From Parcubacteria bacterium C7867-004 (GTDB lineage Bacteria; Patescibacteriota; Minisyncoccia; Phycocordibacterales; Phycocordibacteraceae), in assembly GCA_001189075.1 (NCBI GenBank), contig LFCN01000006.1:321746-385745 (forward strand): a stretch of DNA of 64,000 nt, read 5' to 3'. Shown here in pieces: positions 8,379 to 19,404 of this stretch; within the stretch, counting starts at the first letter, position 1; each line of letters starts with the position of its first letter. The translations under genes and the position numbers were made by a program. The notes under the pieces are model-generated. The model was not told the origin of the DNA. It searched no databases and saw only the letters and a program-made list of their open reading frames with translations.

Positions 8379-9216
8379 CAGGAAGAGGTGCCCAAGGGAT
8401 AGGGGAGCCGAAAGGAAGAGAGATGCCTGCTGAGCCGGGATGGCCGTTGCCGCCGTACTTCTGAGCTATCTCCGCTACATTGATATCGCCGTTGCTCCTG
8501 AGCGAGATGCGGAGACCGTCCGCGCGTACCTGGGCGATTAAAGCGACGCCGCCGTGCTTGGTGTAGAGGCCGTTACCGACGTCAGACGCGAATATGGACG
8601 GCGCGCTCGCGAGGTAGCAGGTCATTCCCTCAAAGAGGACAGGTTCGGCACGCTCGACGAGGCTGTCGATTATGAGCGTGCGGTATTCGGCATAGGTCGC
8701 GCCCTTCGCAAGGAGCGTCGCGCGCATCTCGGGATTCTCGAGCTCCTCTATAAGCATGTCCCAGTTCTCGTTGGTGAATGGCTTAGTGTACGCATACGCG
8801 AGTACGGTGCGTGCATCAGGCAGTTTCCAACGATAGAGATCGCCGTCTTCAACGTACTTCAGGAACTCAGGAACGGGAACTTCAGGATGGAAATAGGTCC
8901 ACGCGATAGTTGCACCCGAACGGTTCGCATCGAACACATACTCGGGCATCGAGCGCACGACATCCGCAACGCCCTCGTGATGGTCGAGTACGGTAACCGA
9001 CGCGGCTTCAGCGACGATTGCATCCATAACTTCTTTCGTGTAGCAGAAGTCGATGAAGTACACCTTCGCGCCGGCAAGCTCTGTGGCAGGCGGCTTTCCG
9101 TGGGCGAGCGGAAGATACTCGGCAGTGTCCCCAAACTTCTTCCAGGCCGCATACGCACCGCTGAAGCCGTCGGGACAGTTGCCGTGGTACGCGATAACGG
9201 TGCGGTCTCCTTGCAT
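8359..9216 (-). CDS. DHH-family phosphoesterase (NrnA-like oligoribonuclease/pAp phosphatase)
   Basis: DHH motif LDHHEG and DHHA1-like GNGHPGSAG. Start placed at the internal Met (MQGDRTVIAYHG) so as not to overlap the upstream ahcY stop. Confidence 0.55.
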   Translation of the reverse strand: MQGDRTVIAYHGNCPDGFSGAYAAWKKFGDTAEYLPLAHGKPPATELAGAKVYFIDFCYTKEVMDAIVAEAASVTVLDHHEGVADVVRSMPEYVFDANRSGATIAWTYFHPEVPVPEFLKYVEDGDLYRWKLPDARTVLAYAYTKPFTNENWDMLIEELENPEMRATLLAKGATYAEYRTLIIDSLVERAEPVLFEGMTCYLASAPSIFASDVGNGLYTKHGGVALIAQVRADGLRISLRSNGDINVAEIAQKYGGNGHPGSAGISLPFGSPIPWAPLPDEDTRD

Positions 9217-9220
9217 GGAT

Positions 9221-11436
<2,216 letters not shown>

Positions 11437-11501
11437 ATGGCTCACAGAGTAGCATGCGCAGCAGGGTCTCTTCATCAAGTGCGATATACTTACGGTCTTA
11501 T

Positions 11502-13280
11502 ATGAAAACTATTTGGCGTGACGATCTTCCGCAGACGACGAACCCGCTGCGGTTTTTCCTATTCGCCTCGAAGCCGCACCTGAAGGTAGCCTTGCTCGCT
11601 ACCTTCTTCGTCGTCGTCGCGAGCGTACTGCGAGCGATCATACCGTACCTGTATAAGGTCATCGTCGACCTGGCGACGAGGCTTACGCCCGAGACCTTTA
11701 CGGCAGTCTGGCAGGCGGTGGTGATATTCGTTGTCGTCGGCCTCATGAGCAATCTTGCGTGGCGCTGTAGCGGGTTCGCGGGTATGCGCTGGGCAACCGG
11801 CGTCAGGGCTACTGCGCGTGCAGCACTTTCGTCCTACCTCACGCTCCACAGCTACCAGTACTTCTCCGACCGGTTCGCCGGCTCGCTCTCAAATAAGGTG
11901 AAGCAAGCGGGCGATAGCTCCCGCGGATTTGTCGAGGCGTACCTCTGGCAGTTCCTCTCATTCTTCGTCTCGGTTATCGCGAGCTTCATCGTGGTGTTCG
12001 TCACCAGTCCGATTGTCGGCTTCATCCTGCTCGGGATGTTCGCGGTTATAACACCGCTCAACATTTATTTCGCTCGCGGACGCGTACCGCTTTCGGTAGC
12101 GACCCAGGCGATCGAGACGAAGCTGAACGGCGCATCGGTGGATATGCTCACTAATATCACCGCCGTCCACGAATACGCTCGTCGCAAGCATGAGCTCGGC
12201 ATACTCAAAGGACTCATCCTCGAGCGTCGCGCGAGCGGCCTGCGAAACTGGGGCTACAGCGAGTGGGTGCTCCTCACAAACAACATCATCCAGAGCGTGT
12301 TCACGGGAACGATGCTCCTGGTTGCGGTATATCTCGCGATGAAAGGCATTATCACCCCGGGCGATATCATCCTGCTCCTTGCCATGGTGGCTCTCCTTGA
12401 GGACCAGCTCACCTTCATCGGCAGCCAACTCAACGAGTTCGCGGAGAACTGGGGCACCGTGAAGGAAAGCCTCTCCGAGATAATCGAATTGCATGATGTG
12501 GCCGATACGGAGCACGCGCTCCCGCTTGAGGTAGCTGAGGGCGCGATAGTCATGGATGACGTTACCTTCGCCTATGGTGGCCGCACCGTCTTCGAGAACC
12601 TCACGCTCCGGATCCCCGCAGGTCAGAGAGTGGGCATCATCGGTCGCAGTGGCGCCGGCAAGTCGACGCTCATCAAGATTCTGCTCCGGCATTACGATCT
12701 CTCAGGCGGAGCGATTCGCATCGATGGAACCGATATCAGCTCGGTGACCAAGGAAAGTCTCCGCGCTTCTATCGCGCTCGTGCCGCAGGAACCGGCGCTC
12801 TTCCATCGGAGCATTACGGAGAATATCGCGTATGGAAAACCGGAAGCCAGCAAAGAAGAGGTGGTGCTCGCGGCAACCCAAGCACAAGCACATGAGTTCA
12901 TCGAGCAGCTTCCGCACGGCTATGACACCACGGTAGGCGAGCGCGGCGTGAAGCTCTCGGGAGGCCAGCGCCAGCGGGTCGCTATCGCCCGAGCCCTCAT
13001 CAAGGACGCCAAGATCCTTCTTCTCGATGAGGCGACGAGCGCGCTTGATAGCGAGAGCGAAGTACTTGTACAGAAGGCGCTCCTCACGCTTATGGAAGGA
13101 CGCACTGTTATCGCGATAGCGCACCGGCTCTCGACGCTCCGCGCCATGGACCGATTGGTTATATTCGACGACGGAAAGATTGTGGAGGATGGTACGCACG
13201 ATGAACTGCTCCAGAAGGGAGGTCTCTACGCCGATCTCTGGAACCATCAGGCGGGCGGGTTCCTGGATGACGAGGAATAA
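11502..13280 (+). CDS. ABC transporter, fused permease/ATP-binding protein (ABCB-type exporter)
   Basis: Six-helix transmembrane domain followed by an NBD with Walker A GRSGAGKST, signature LSGGQRQR, and Walker B ILLLDEATSALD. Start taken at MKTIWRDD to avoid overlap with the upstream gene. Confidence 0.8.
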   Translation: MKTIWRDDLPQTTNPLRFFLFASKPHLKVALLATFFVVVASVLRAIIPYLYKVIVDLATRLTPETFTAVWQAVVIFVVVGLMSNLAWRCSGFAGMRWATGVRATARAALSSYLTLHSYQYFSDRFAGSLSNKVKQAGDSSRGFVEAYLWQFLSFFVSVIASFIVVFVTSPIVGFILLGMFAVITPLNIYFARGRVPLSVATQAIETKLNGASVDMLTNITAVHEYARRKHELGILKGLILERRASGLRNWGYSEWVLLTNNIIQSVFTGTMLLVAVYLAMKGIITPGDIILLLAMVALLEDQLTFIGSQLNEFAENWGTVKESLSEIIELHDVADTEHALPLEVAEGAIVMDDVTFAYGGRTVFENLTLRIPAGQRVGIIGRSGAGKSTLIKILLRHYDLSGGAIRIDGTDISSVTKESLRASIALVPQEPALFHRSITENIAYGKPEASKEEVVLAATQAQAHEFIEQLPHGYDTTVGERGVKLSGGQRQRVAIARALIKDAKILLLDEATSALDSESEVLVQKALLTLMEGRTVIAIAHRLSTLRAMDRLVIFDDGKIVEDGTHDELLQKGGLYADLWNHQAGGFLDDEE

Positions 13281-13281
13281 G

Positions 13282-13312
13282 AAAAGGGCCAGCTTTTAGC
13301 TGGCCCTTTTCT
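13282..13312 (+). terminator. rho-independent terminator
   Basis: AAAAGGGCCAGC-TTTT-AGCTGGCCCTTTTC directly after the ABC transporter stop. Confidence 0.7.
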
Positions 13313-13315
13313 GTA

Positions 13316-13392
13316 TGGTGCGCGCTGAGGAATTCGAATCCCCGACCTTCTCAACGTCAATGAGACGCTCTAACCAACTGAGCTAAGCGCGC
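13316..13392 (-). tRNA. tRNA-Val (anticodon GAC), CCA encoded
   Basis: Reverse complement gives GCGCGCT-TA-GCTC-AGTTGGTTA-GAGC-G-TCTCA-TTGACGT-TGAGA-AGGTC-GGGGA-TTCGAAT-TCCTC-AGCGCGC-A-CCA. Confidence 0.85.
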
Positions 13393-13442
13393 ATACAGGA
13401 ACAGTCGCAGGATAGCGCGTTTGACGGTACCATTCAAGCAAT

Positions 13443-14063
13443 ATGCGGATACGCAGGCTTAGGGATATATCGACTGACGCAGCAGCTCTTGAGGCTGCGG
13501 AAGTGCTGCGCGCGGGTGGCATCGTCCTCTTTCCCACCGATACGCTCTATGGGCTTGCCGTGGACGCACTGAACGAAGAAGCGCTTGCACGGCTGAAGGT
13601 GCTCAAGGGAAGGGAAAAGAAAAAGCCGGTCTCAGTTATCGTCCCGTCGCTTGCTGATATGGAAGAGCACGTCTTGCTTCCTCCCGAAGCCAGGCGTATT
13701 GCGGAGGCGCATCTGCCGGGCGCCCTTACCCTCGTGTTGCCGGCACGCGCGCATGTTCCTGAGAGCGTAACGCTCAACGGTGCGCTCGGAGTGCGTATAC
13801 CTGATGACCCATTCGCGCTCGCGCTCGCCCGCGCGTTCGCGGGACCCTTCACCGCTACCAGCGCGAACAAAGCGGGTCATGTAACGCCCATAAGCGCGAT
13901 GGACGTCATCACTCACTTCGGTCCTGACGCTATCGGCATCGACCTCATCATTGATGACGGAGAGCGGGCGGGTGGAAACCCATCGACAGTAGTGACTTTC
14001 GTCGATGGCGTTCCGTACATCATTCGGGAAGGGGTCCTGTCTCGGGAGACTCTAGGTTTTTAG
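13443..14063 (+). CDS. tsaC: L-threonylcarbamoyladenylate synthase (YrdC/TsaC family)
   Basis: 206 aa. YrdC fold motifs GGIVLFPTDTLYGLAVDA and ATSANKAGH. Confidence 0.75.
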   Translation: MRIRRLRDISTDAAALEAAEVLRAGGIVLFPTDTLYGLAVDALNEEALARLKVLKGREKKKPVSVIVPSLADMEEHVLLPPEARRIAEAHLPGALTLVLPARAHVPESVTLNGALGVRIPDDPFALALARAFAGPFTATSANKAGHVTPISAMDVITHFGPDAIGIDLIIDDGERAGGNPSTVVTFVDGVPYIIREGVLSRETLGF

Positions 14064-14069
14064 TAAACG

Positions 14070-14097
14070 CAAAAAACCGCCCAAAAGCGGTTTTTGC
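14070..14097 (+). terminator. rho-independent terminator
   Basis: AAAAACCGC-CCAAAA-GCGGTTTTT after the tsaC stop. Confidence 0.65.
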
Positions 14098-14102
14098 TCG
14101 TG

Positions 14103-14174
14103 TGATCCCACGGGGAATCGAACCCCGATTTCCTGCGTGAAAGGCGGGCGTCCTAACCGTTAGACGATGGGACC
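14103..14174 (-). tRNA. tRNA-Glu (anticodon TTC)
   Basis: Reverse complement: GGTCCCA-TC-GTCT-AACGGTTA-GGAC-G-CCCGC-CTTTCAC-GCAGG-AAATC-GGGGT-TCGATTC-CCCCG-TGGGATC-A. Confidence 0.8.
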
Positions 14175-14226
14175 TTCGTATAGCATCCTACATTTTTAAG
14201 GCTGGAAATGCTAGGATGGCGGGACT

Positions 14227-14314
14227 GGAGGGGTGCGTGAGTGGTTGAAACGACCGGTTTCGAAAACCGGCATGCCGAAAGGTATCGGGAGTTCGAATCT
14301 CCCCCCCTCCGCCA
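14227..14314 (+). tRNA. tRNA-Ser (anticodon CGA), long variable arm, CCA encoded
   Basis: GGAGGGG-TG-..-CCGGT-TTCGAAA-ACCGG-(long variable arm CATGCCGAAAGGTATC)-GGGAG-TTCGAAT-CTCCC-CCCCTCC-G-CCA. Confidence 0.8.
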
Positions 14315-14330
14315 GAGAATAGGAAGTACA

Positions 14331-14366
14331 AAAGAAAAAGGGCGCACGCGAAGATGCGTGCGCCCT
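14331..14366 (-). terminator. rho-independent terminator for the minus-strand gene ending at 14382
   Basis: GGGCGCACGC-GAAGAT-GCGTGCGCCC hairpin with an A-run on the plus strand (T-run on the minus strand) at 14331-14340. Confidence 0.6.
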
Positions 14367-14381
14367 GATCGTTTATATTGC

Positions 14382-15551
14382 TTAACGAGCATAGAACTCC
14401 TGAACGAAGGAATCGATGGTCTCGGGACCCCGGGTAGCGGGGTACGCGAGTTCACCGAGCACGATAGTCCGCGGCGGACGGTTGTCAGCCATGAACTCGA
14501 CGAATCCCTCGCGGTTAGTAGGCCGAAGCCGGTCACGAATCCACTGGAGCGAGACGCTGCCGTAGTCTATCCCGAACAGGTTACTGCTTTGGGACAGGTA
14601 CGGAACGAGAGGCGAACCGCCCGCAAGCACGAAGACGGCATGCGTCGCCGTTCCTGCAAGGCATCCCGCGCGAAGATCGGGCGGCATGTCTCCGGCGATA
14701 AGGAGATGCTCGATCGTGCCCGAGCCCGCAAGCTTCGCAAGCTCGAACTCGATGAGGTTCTCCTTGGAAGCCTCGGGCGGCATCATGTAGAACTGGAGCC
14801 GGTTATCCGATGGCCGGCTCTCGTCCACGATAAGGATGGAATCCATGATCGGCTTGAACTCTCCTATCAGCTCCTCGCGCTGCGCGTCCGTGATCCTGTC
14901 AGATTCGGACGCCCACCGATAGGAATCTGCCATTTCGCCGATGAACTCCTTTACCGCGCTCATCCGCCTCTTGTTCTCCTCGAGCGATACGATCGGATCG
15001 CAGAATTCGAACTGGAATCGGTAGGGAAGCGGAAAGACATCGGTTTTTCCGTCGCGGTAGTTTTGTTCCGATTCGATCGCCGCCAGGAACGCGGACGGAT
15101 CGTCCTTGCTCGGCAGGTCCGCCAGCGCGAACATCTTGTACGCGGCTTCCCGCCAGCCGAGGTGGCTGCGAAGACTCCCGCTCTCGATGTAGGGTCCGGT
15201 ACGACCGTTCCGTGAGTACGAGCCTGTTCCCATGCTCATGATCACGTCTGGGTCGGTGAAGGACCTCCTGCAGGCGATGGTCTCAGGCGCGATGTAGTTC
15301 CTGCTCCCATCCTCACGCTTCCCGAGCAATGGAACCGGACGGGTGAACCCCGCCGCAACCGATGCTAGGTAGAGCGTCTCCGACATGAGCATTTCCGGCG
15401 TCTGCGCTGTCGCGACCATGAACGTGCCGCGAGCATCAAAGAAGTTCCGAACCCTGTTTGCAGCCCTGATTTCCGAGGGTATCGGATGCGAAGTCATAAG
15501 CGTACCGTCGACGTCGCAGACGGCGACGAATTCCAGGCCTGTGCCTGTCAT
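14382..15551 (-). CDS. HAD-superfamily hydrolase (HAD-IIB-like phosphatase)
   Basis: HAD motif I VAVCDVDGTL near the N-terminus and IAGDMPPDL-type motif IV near the C-terminus. About 390 aa. Start chosen at MTGTGLEFVAVCDVDG. Confidence 0.5.
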   Translation of the reverse strand: MTGTGLEFVAVCDVDGTLMTSHPIPSEIRAANRVRNFFDARGTFMVATAQTPEMLMSETLYLASVAAGFTRPVPLLGKREDGSRNYIAPETIACRRSFTDPDVIMSMGTGSYSRNGRTGPYIESGSLRSHLGWREAAYKMFALADLPSKDDPSAFLAAIESEQNYRDGKTDVFPLPYRFQFEFCDPIVSLEENKRRMSAVKEFIGEMADSYRWASESDRITDAQREELIGEFKPIMDSILIVDESRPSDNRLQFYMMPPEASKENLIEFELAKLAGSGTIEHLLIAGDMPPDLRAGCLAGTATHAVFVLAGGSPLVPYLSQSSNLFGIDYGSVSLQWIRDRLRPTNREGFVEFMADNRPPRTIVLGELAYPATRGPETIDSFVQEFYAR

Positions 15552-15612
15552 GAGCAGCCCCCTCCAAAAAAGCGTCCGTGCGGAGAGTAGCACGCGGGTT
15601 ACTTAAGAATTC

Positions 15613-16848
15613 ATGAACGAGATACGGGTGCGGTATACTGGCCTAGCTATGCCGTTTCCTCCAAAGCCCGCCCCTTGTGCCGAATGCGGCGACGGAGCGA
15701 TATTCCACCGGACGACCTACATAAGCATCGTCATCGACGAGTTCCTTTCGCCACTCACGATGCCTAATCCGTTCCTCAGGGGTTTCGCGAAACTGGTCTA
15801 CAAGATCGAGCGGAAGGTAACGCCGCATCTTCTGAACGCGATGATGGATCGGGGCATGGCTCGCCGCGTCACTAAGCACGACGATGATACGCAGCTTCTC
15901 GCGCAGATGCTCTGGAATGAAGCGAAGGAGCGGGGTATCGAGGTAGCGGAATTCCGCCTCTTCAATCTGCCCCGCAACATATTCGTTGCGAAGTATCCGA
16001 ATGGAAGAGATATCGCCTATGAAGGCATACCAGCTCCCGTAGCGGATCTCGATCGTGTTCCGTGGATGGATAACAAAGATGTACTCAAGAAGAAGTTCCG
16101 TGCGCTGGGACTCCCTATTGCCCGAGGTGGCGCGGTATCCAACCTCAAAGAGGCGAAGAAGCTCTTCGCGACGCTCACACCCCCGGTTATAGCAAAACCC
16201 TCCTCAGGGTCAGGATCGAGGCATACGACGCTGCATGTGATGGATGAGGAGGGGCTCGAGAGAGCATTCCTTATTGGTAAGCAAGTTGCTCCTAAGGTCG
16301 TGATTGAGGAGGAGCTCGTTGGGCCGGTGTATAGAGCCACGGTAGTCAACGGACGCTTTGCAGCTGCGCTCAGGCGTGATCAGCCGTATGTGGTTGGGGA
16401 CGGGGTGCATACCGTCGAGGACTTGGTTGCTATCGCGAACGAGCACCCGAAGCGGTCGGGACCGTATTTCCATAAGATGAAACTTGATGAGACGGCGCTC
16501 GAGGAGCTCCGGTGGCAGGATCTTACGCCATCGAGCATTCTTCCTGAGGGGAAGCGAGCACTGCTGCATCAGAAGATAAACTGGAGCGTCGGCGGTACAA
16601 CGGCAGACGTAACCGATGACGTGCATCCGGACAATATCGAACTGTTCGAAGAAGTAGCGAGGGTTTTGAAGGCTCCTATCGTCGGACTCGATTTCATAAT
16701 CGAAGATATCAGCCGCTCGTGGAAAGAGCAGGAGCGATGCGGCATCCTCGAGTGCAACAGCATGCCATTCTTCGACAATCATCATCTGCCGTTCGAAGGG
16801 AAGCCGCGAAATGTAGCGGCACTCATCTGGGATATGAACGAGGAATAA
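15613..16848 (+). CDS. ATP-grasp domain protein (RimK/cyanophycin-synthetase-like ligase)
   Basis: 411 aa. ATP-grasp-like central and C-terminal segments (VIAKPSSGSGSRHTTL..VIEEELVGPVYRATVVNG..IVGLDFIIEDI). N-terminal ~150 aa of unknown fold. Confidence 0.45.
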   Translation: MNEIRVRYTGLAMPFPPKPAPCAECGDGAIFHRTTYISIVIDEFLSPLTMPNPFLRGFAKLVYKIERKVTPHLLNAMMDRGMARRVTKHDDDTQLLAQMLWNEAKERGIEVAEFRLFNLPRNIFVAKYPNGRDIAYEGIPAPVADLDRVPWMDNKDVLKKKFRALGLPIARGGAVSNLKEAKKLFATLTPPVIAKPSSGSGSRHTTLHVMDEEGLERAFLIGKQVAPKVVIEEELVGPVYRATVVNGRFAAALRRDQPYVVGDGVHTVEDLVAIANEHPKRSGPYFHKMKLDETALEELRWQDLTPSSILPEGKRALLHQKINWSVGGTTADVTDDVHPDNIELFEEVARVLKAPIVGLDFIIEDISRSWKEQERCGILECNSMPFFDNHHLPFEGKPRNVAALIWDMNEE

Positions 16849-16971
16849 GCTTCATTGCCCTTTCATCCTCGTCTGTTAAAATTGGAGCATAGGTCGAATT
16901 GCCAGCCAAATTCATTTTGGATGGCTGTATTTTTCACTCTCATGAGGAATGCAGCCGTTCTCCCAACAACT

Positions 16972-17082
16972 ATGATCGATGACACAACTATGGACCCAGC
17001 AGGCGAGGAGGAGACTCCTGTCGTCATGCCTGAGGGCGAGGAGGCAGCTCCTGAGGAGACTGGCGCTGAGGAGGCTGCATAA
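16972..17082 (+). CDS. small acidic Thr/Asp/Glu-rich peptide (36 aa), possible substrate or partner of the upstream ATP-grasp ligase
   Basis: In-frame ATG at 16972 gives MIDDTTMDPAGEEETPVVMPEGEEAAPEETGAEEAA, ending with TAA at 17080-17082. A strong terminator follows 25 nt downstream. No clear SD. The longer TTG-initiated form (16855) is listed in the ORF track. Confidence 0.3.
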   Translation: MIDDTTMDPAGEEETPVVMPEGEEAAPEETGAEEAA

Positions 17083-17105
17083 GCCTGTCTCTCGACAATC
17101 CTATA

Positions 17106-17142
17106 AAACAACCGCGCGCCCTTGGGCGCGCGGTTGTTTTGA
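17106..17142. terminator. bidirectional rho-independent terminator
   Basis: AAAACAACCGCGCGCC-CTTG-GGCGCGCGGTTGTTTT with a perfect 12-bp stem. Confidence 0.75.
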
Positions 17143-17209
17143 CATACCCAGACGCGATAGGTACCTTGAGCTCAAGGCGTAAGCCATAGTTCATTGATTC
17201 GGGGAGACA

Positions 17210-17635
17210 TTGTCCATGCTGGTGGATCCGCTCTTGGTGCATATAGTTCTGAACCCGAGTCCTCTGAAGGATCGGGCCCAAAGCCGAATGGTTGCGCACA
17301 AGGTCTTCGAACAGGCATTCGGCCGCCCGGTGCCCGTGTTCAGGCATGCGTGGCGGAATTCGGATGGCAAACCGGATGCTGAATATCCTCGAGACGCGAC
17401 GGTCTGCTTTATCATGGATATCGTGGATCGGGATCAGGCAGTCCTGAAGCAGATACGTCGCGCGCGCAATGCCGGGGTGTCGCAGATCCATGTGTTCACG
17501 TCGAGAACCAACATCTCGCCTGAGTGCTTCGAACTCGTGACAACGGGAGCCATCGACTGCATCTATTTCACGCATGCGCCGATTCCGTATATCGGTCTCG
17601 GTCTCGCATTCGTGCTCGAAGCTCGAGCGCCCTAA
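17210..17635 (+). CDS. hypothetical protein
   Basis: 141-aa ORF with GGGGAG RBS about 10 nt upstream and protein-like composition. Preferred over the overlapping Arg/His-rich minus-strand ORF 17024..17644. Confidence 0.4.
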   Translation: MSMLVDPLLVHIVLNPSPLKDRAQSRMVAHKVFEQAFGRPVPVFRHAWRNSDGKPDAEYPRDATVCFIMDIVDRDQAVLKQIRRARNAGVSQIHVFTSRTNISPECFELVTTGAIDCIYFTHAPIPYIGLGLAFVLEARAP

Positions 17636-17660
17636 CGGTCCCAAACGGGACTGTTTTCAT

Positions 17661-18584
17661 TTAATGCGCCATCAGCCACTGATAGATATCCTCGAGCGCC
17701 TTCACGGCGTCGCCGGCGGCGATGTTGTTCTGGTGGTAGAGCTCGTCGGTGCAGTCGCCGGCCGCCCATACGCCCTCGACGCTCGTATGCTGGTTCTTAG
17801 GATCAGTTATGACGCGGTTCACCTCATCGAGCGCGACGACATCCTTCGCGTACGCCGTGTTCGGTATGACGCCGATCTCGACGAATACGCCGGTTACGGG
17901 AAGGGTTGTCTCTTCACCGGTATCCCGATGTTTAACTTTCATCCCGGATACGAACTTCTCGCCGAGCACTTCGGTTGGTTCGCTCTTGCAGATGGTCTTG
18001 AAATTCGGATGATTGGTGAGTCGCTCGACCGTTATCGCGTCTCCCTTAAGCGCGTCATGACGGTGAATGAGTGTGACCGACTTGCAGTATGCAAGGAGCT
18101 GCGCCGAGGTCTCGAGTCCCGCGTTCCCGCCACCAACCACCGCAACATCCTGTCCGGCAAAAAGCGGACCGTCGCAGGAAGCGCAGTACGTCACGCCCTT
18201 ATGCTCGAAAGTATCGGCTCCCGGTATCGCGAGCTTCCGGCGGCTTGCGCCTGAGGCAAGGAGCACGGCGCGTGCGTCATAGGTCTTCCCGGCAGCATCC
18301 GTTGCACGGAACCCGCCTTCGATTCTTTCGAGCTTCTCCACGCGCGAGCCTTCAGCGAGCTCGACCATATCGCGCTGGTACGCAGCCAAGTGCTCCTTGA
18401 GTGACTTTGCGAGATCCGAGCCCTTGATGTTCACGGTACCGATCCAGTTCTCGATGCCTTCGGAGACCGTGGACTGGCCGCCGATCTCTTCTGCTATTAC
18501 TACCGCTTTCAGGTACTTACGGGCAGCGTACACTCCCGCGGCGATTCCTGCCGGGCCGCCGCCGACGATTATGAGGTCTTTCAT
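17661..18584 (-). CDS. trxB: thioredoxin-disulfide reductase
   Basis: FAD-binding IIVGGGPAG, redox-active CASCDG, NADPH-binding VVGGGNAGLE, C-terminal AAGDCTD. Start chosen at MKDLIIVGGGPAG. Confidence 0.8.
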   Translation of the reverse strand: MKDLIIVGGGPAGIAAGVYAARKYLKAVVIAEEIGGQSTVSEGIENWIGTVNIKGSDLAKSLKEHLAAYQRDMVELAEGSRVEKLERIEGGFRATDAAGKTYDARAVLLASGASRRKLAIPGADTFEHKGVTYCASCDGPLFAGQDVAVVGGGNAGLETSAQLLAYCKSVTLIHRHDALKGDAITVERLTNHPNFKTICKSEPTEVLGEKFVSGMKVKHRDTGEETTLPVTGVFVEIGVIPNTAYAKDVVALDEVNRVITDPKNQHTSVEGVWAAGDCTDELYHQNNIAAGDAVKALEDIYQWLMAH

Positions 18585-18647
18585 GATGCCTGCAGTATAC
18601 CAAAAGCGCTTTTCCGCGTCTGTGGGAAGCAATAGTATACTTTCTCC

Positions 18648-19262
18648 ATGTCTCCAGAAGGTAAGAAGCAATCGTCGTCACCTAAGGAAGGTCTAAAGGA
18701 GTTAAAAATATCTCTCGTACAACCTGAAGATTTCGAAGGAATACTTGAAGTCCAGTACAAGGCTGCATTAAAGAACTACCCAAACGATGAACTGGGTATC
18801 ACCGCTGACGATATCGATGCGGACTATGTAGAAGCGCGTACCCCAGAAAAGATCCGAGAAGGAGAAGAACGATGGCGGAACCTGCCAGAGAATCTCAATC
18901 AACGCTACTTCGTAGCTAAGAGCGGCGGGAAAGTCGTTGGATTTTGCGTTGTCGACCGATATGAGGATAAGAATCAGGTGAATGGAATTTACATTGACCC
19001 GGACTTTCAAGGCCAGGGTCTCGGTAAGAAGTTTTGGGAGGAAGCCGCGAAATTTTTGGATCCCAGCAAGGACACTGTCGTAATGGTGCTTCCGTATAAC
19101 ACACAAGCAAAGGGCTTCTATGCGACTCTTGGTTTCGAAGAAACTGGCAACCGTGCCAACGATGGAGATGGTACACAGATGAAAAGTGGAGCAGTAATGC
19201 CGGTACCGATAGAGATGGTTCGCAAGTCAGACGCAGTGAACCCGCATCGCTCGGAAGGGTAG
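18648..19262 (+). CDS. GNAT-family N-acetyltransferase
   Basis: Acetyl-CoA binding motif A (QGQGLGKKFWEEA) and motif B (AKGFYATLGF). Local GC looks lower than the flanks. Confidence 0.65.
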   Translation: MSPEGKKQSSSPKEGLKELKISLVQPEDFEGILEVQYKAALKNYPNDELGITADDIDADYVEARTPEKIREGEERWRNLPENLNQRYFVAKSGGKVVGFCVVDRYEDKNQVNGIYIDPDFQGQGLGKKFWEEAAKFLDPSKDTVVMVLPYNTQAKGFYATLGFEETGNRANDGDGTQMKSGAVMPVPIEMVRKSDAVNPHRSEG

Positions 19263-19345
19263 AGCAGGTGTCCGAGCACGGTCTTCGACATCGTAGGTTT
19301 TGCAGCTTCCGAGCTGCTATGTCGAAGTCGGCCCACTGAAACTTA

Positions 19346-19372
19346 AGAAACCGGCTCGCAGGAGCCGGTTTC
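19346..19372. terminator. bidirectional rho-independent terminator
   Basis: GAAACCGGCTC-GCAG-GAGCCGGTTTC between the convergent GNAT (+) and ftsZ (-) genes. Confidence 0.7.
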
Positions 19373-19404
19373 TGCCCTTTCGGGTTACGTATGCGAACGA
19401 AGCG

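Noticed and set aside
14241-15215. 324-aa plus-strand ORF
   Set aside because: It starts inside tRNA-Ser(CGA) and runs antisense through the HAD hydrolase gene. Its composition is Arg-rich.
17024-17644. 206-aa minus-strand ORF overlapping the 17210..17635 plus-strand ORF
   Set aside because: The Arg/His-rich low-complexity product runs through the bidirectional terminator at 17106-17142. The plus-strand frame has a GGGGAG RBS and a more protein-like composition.
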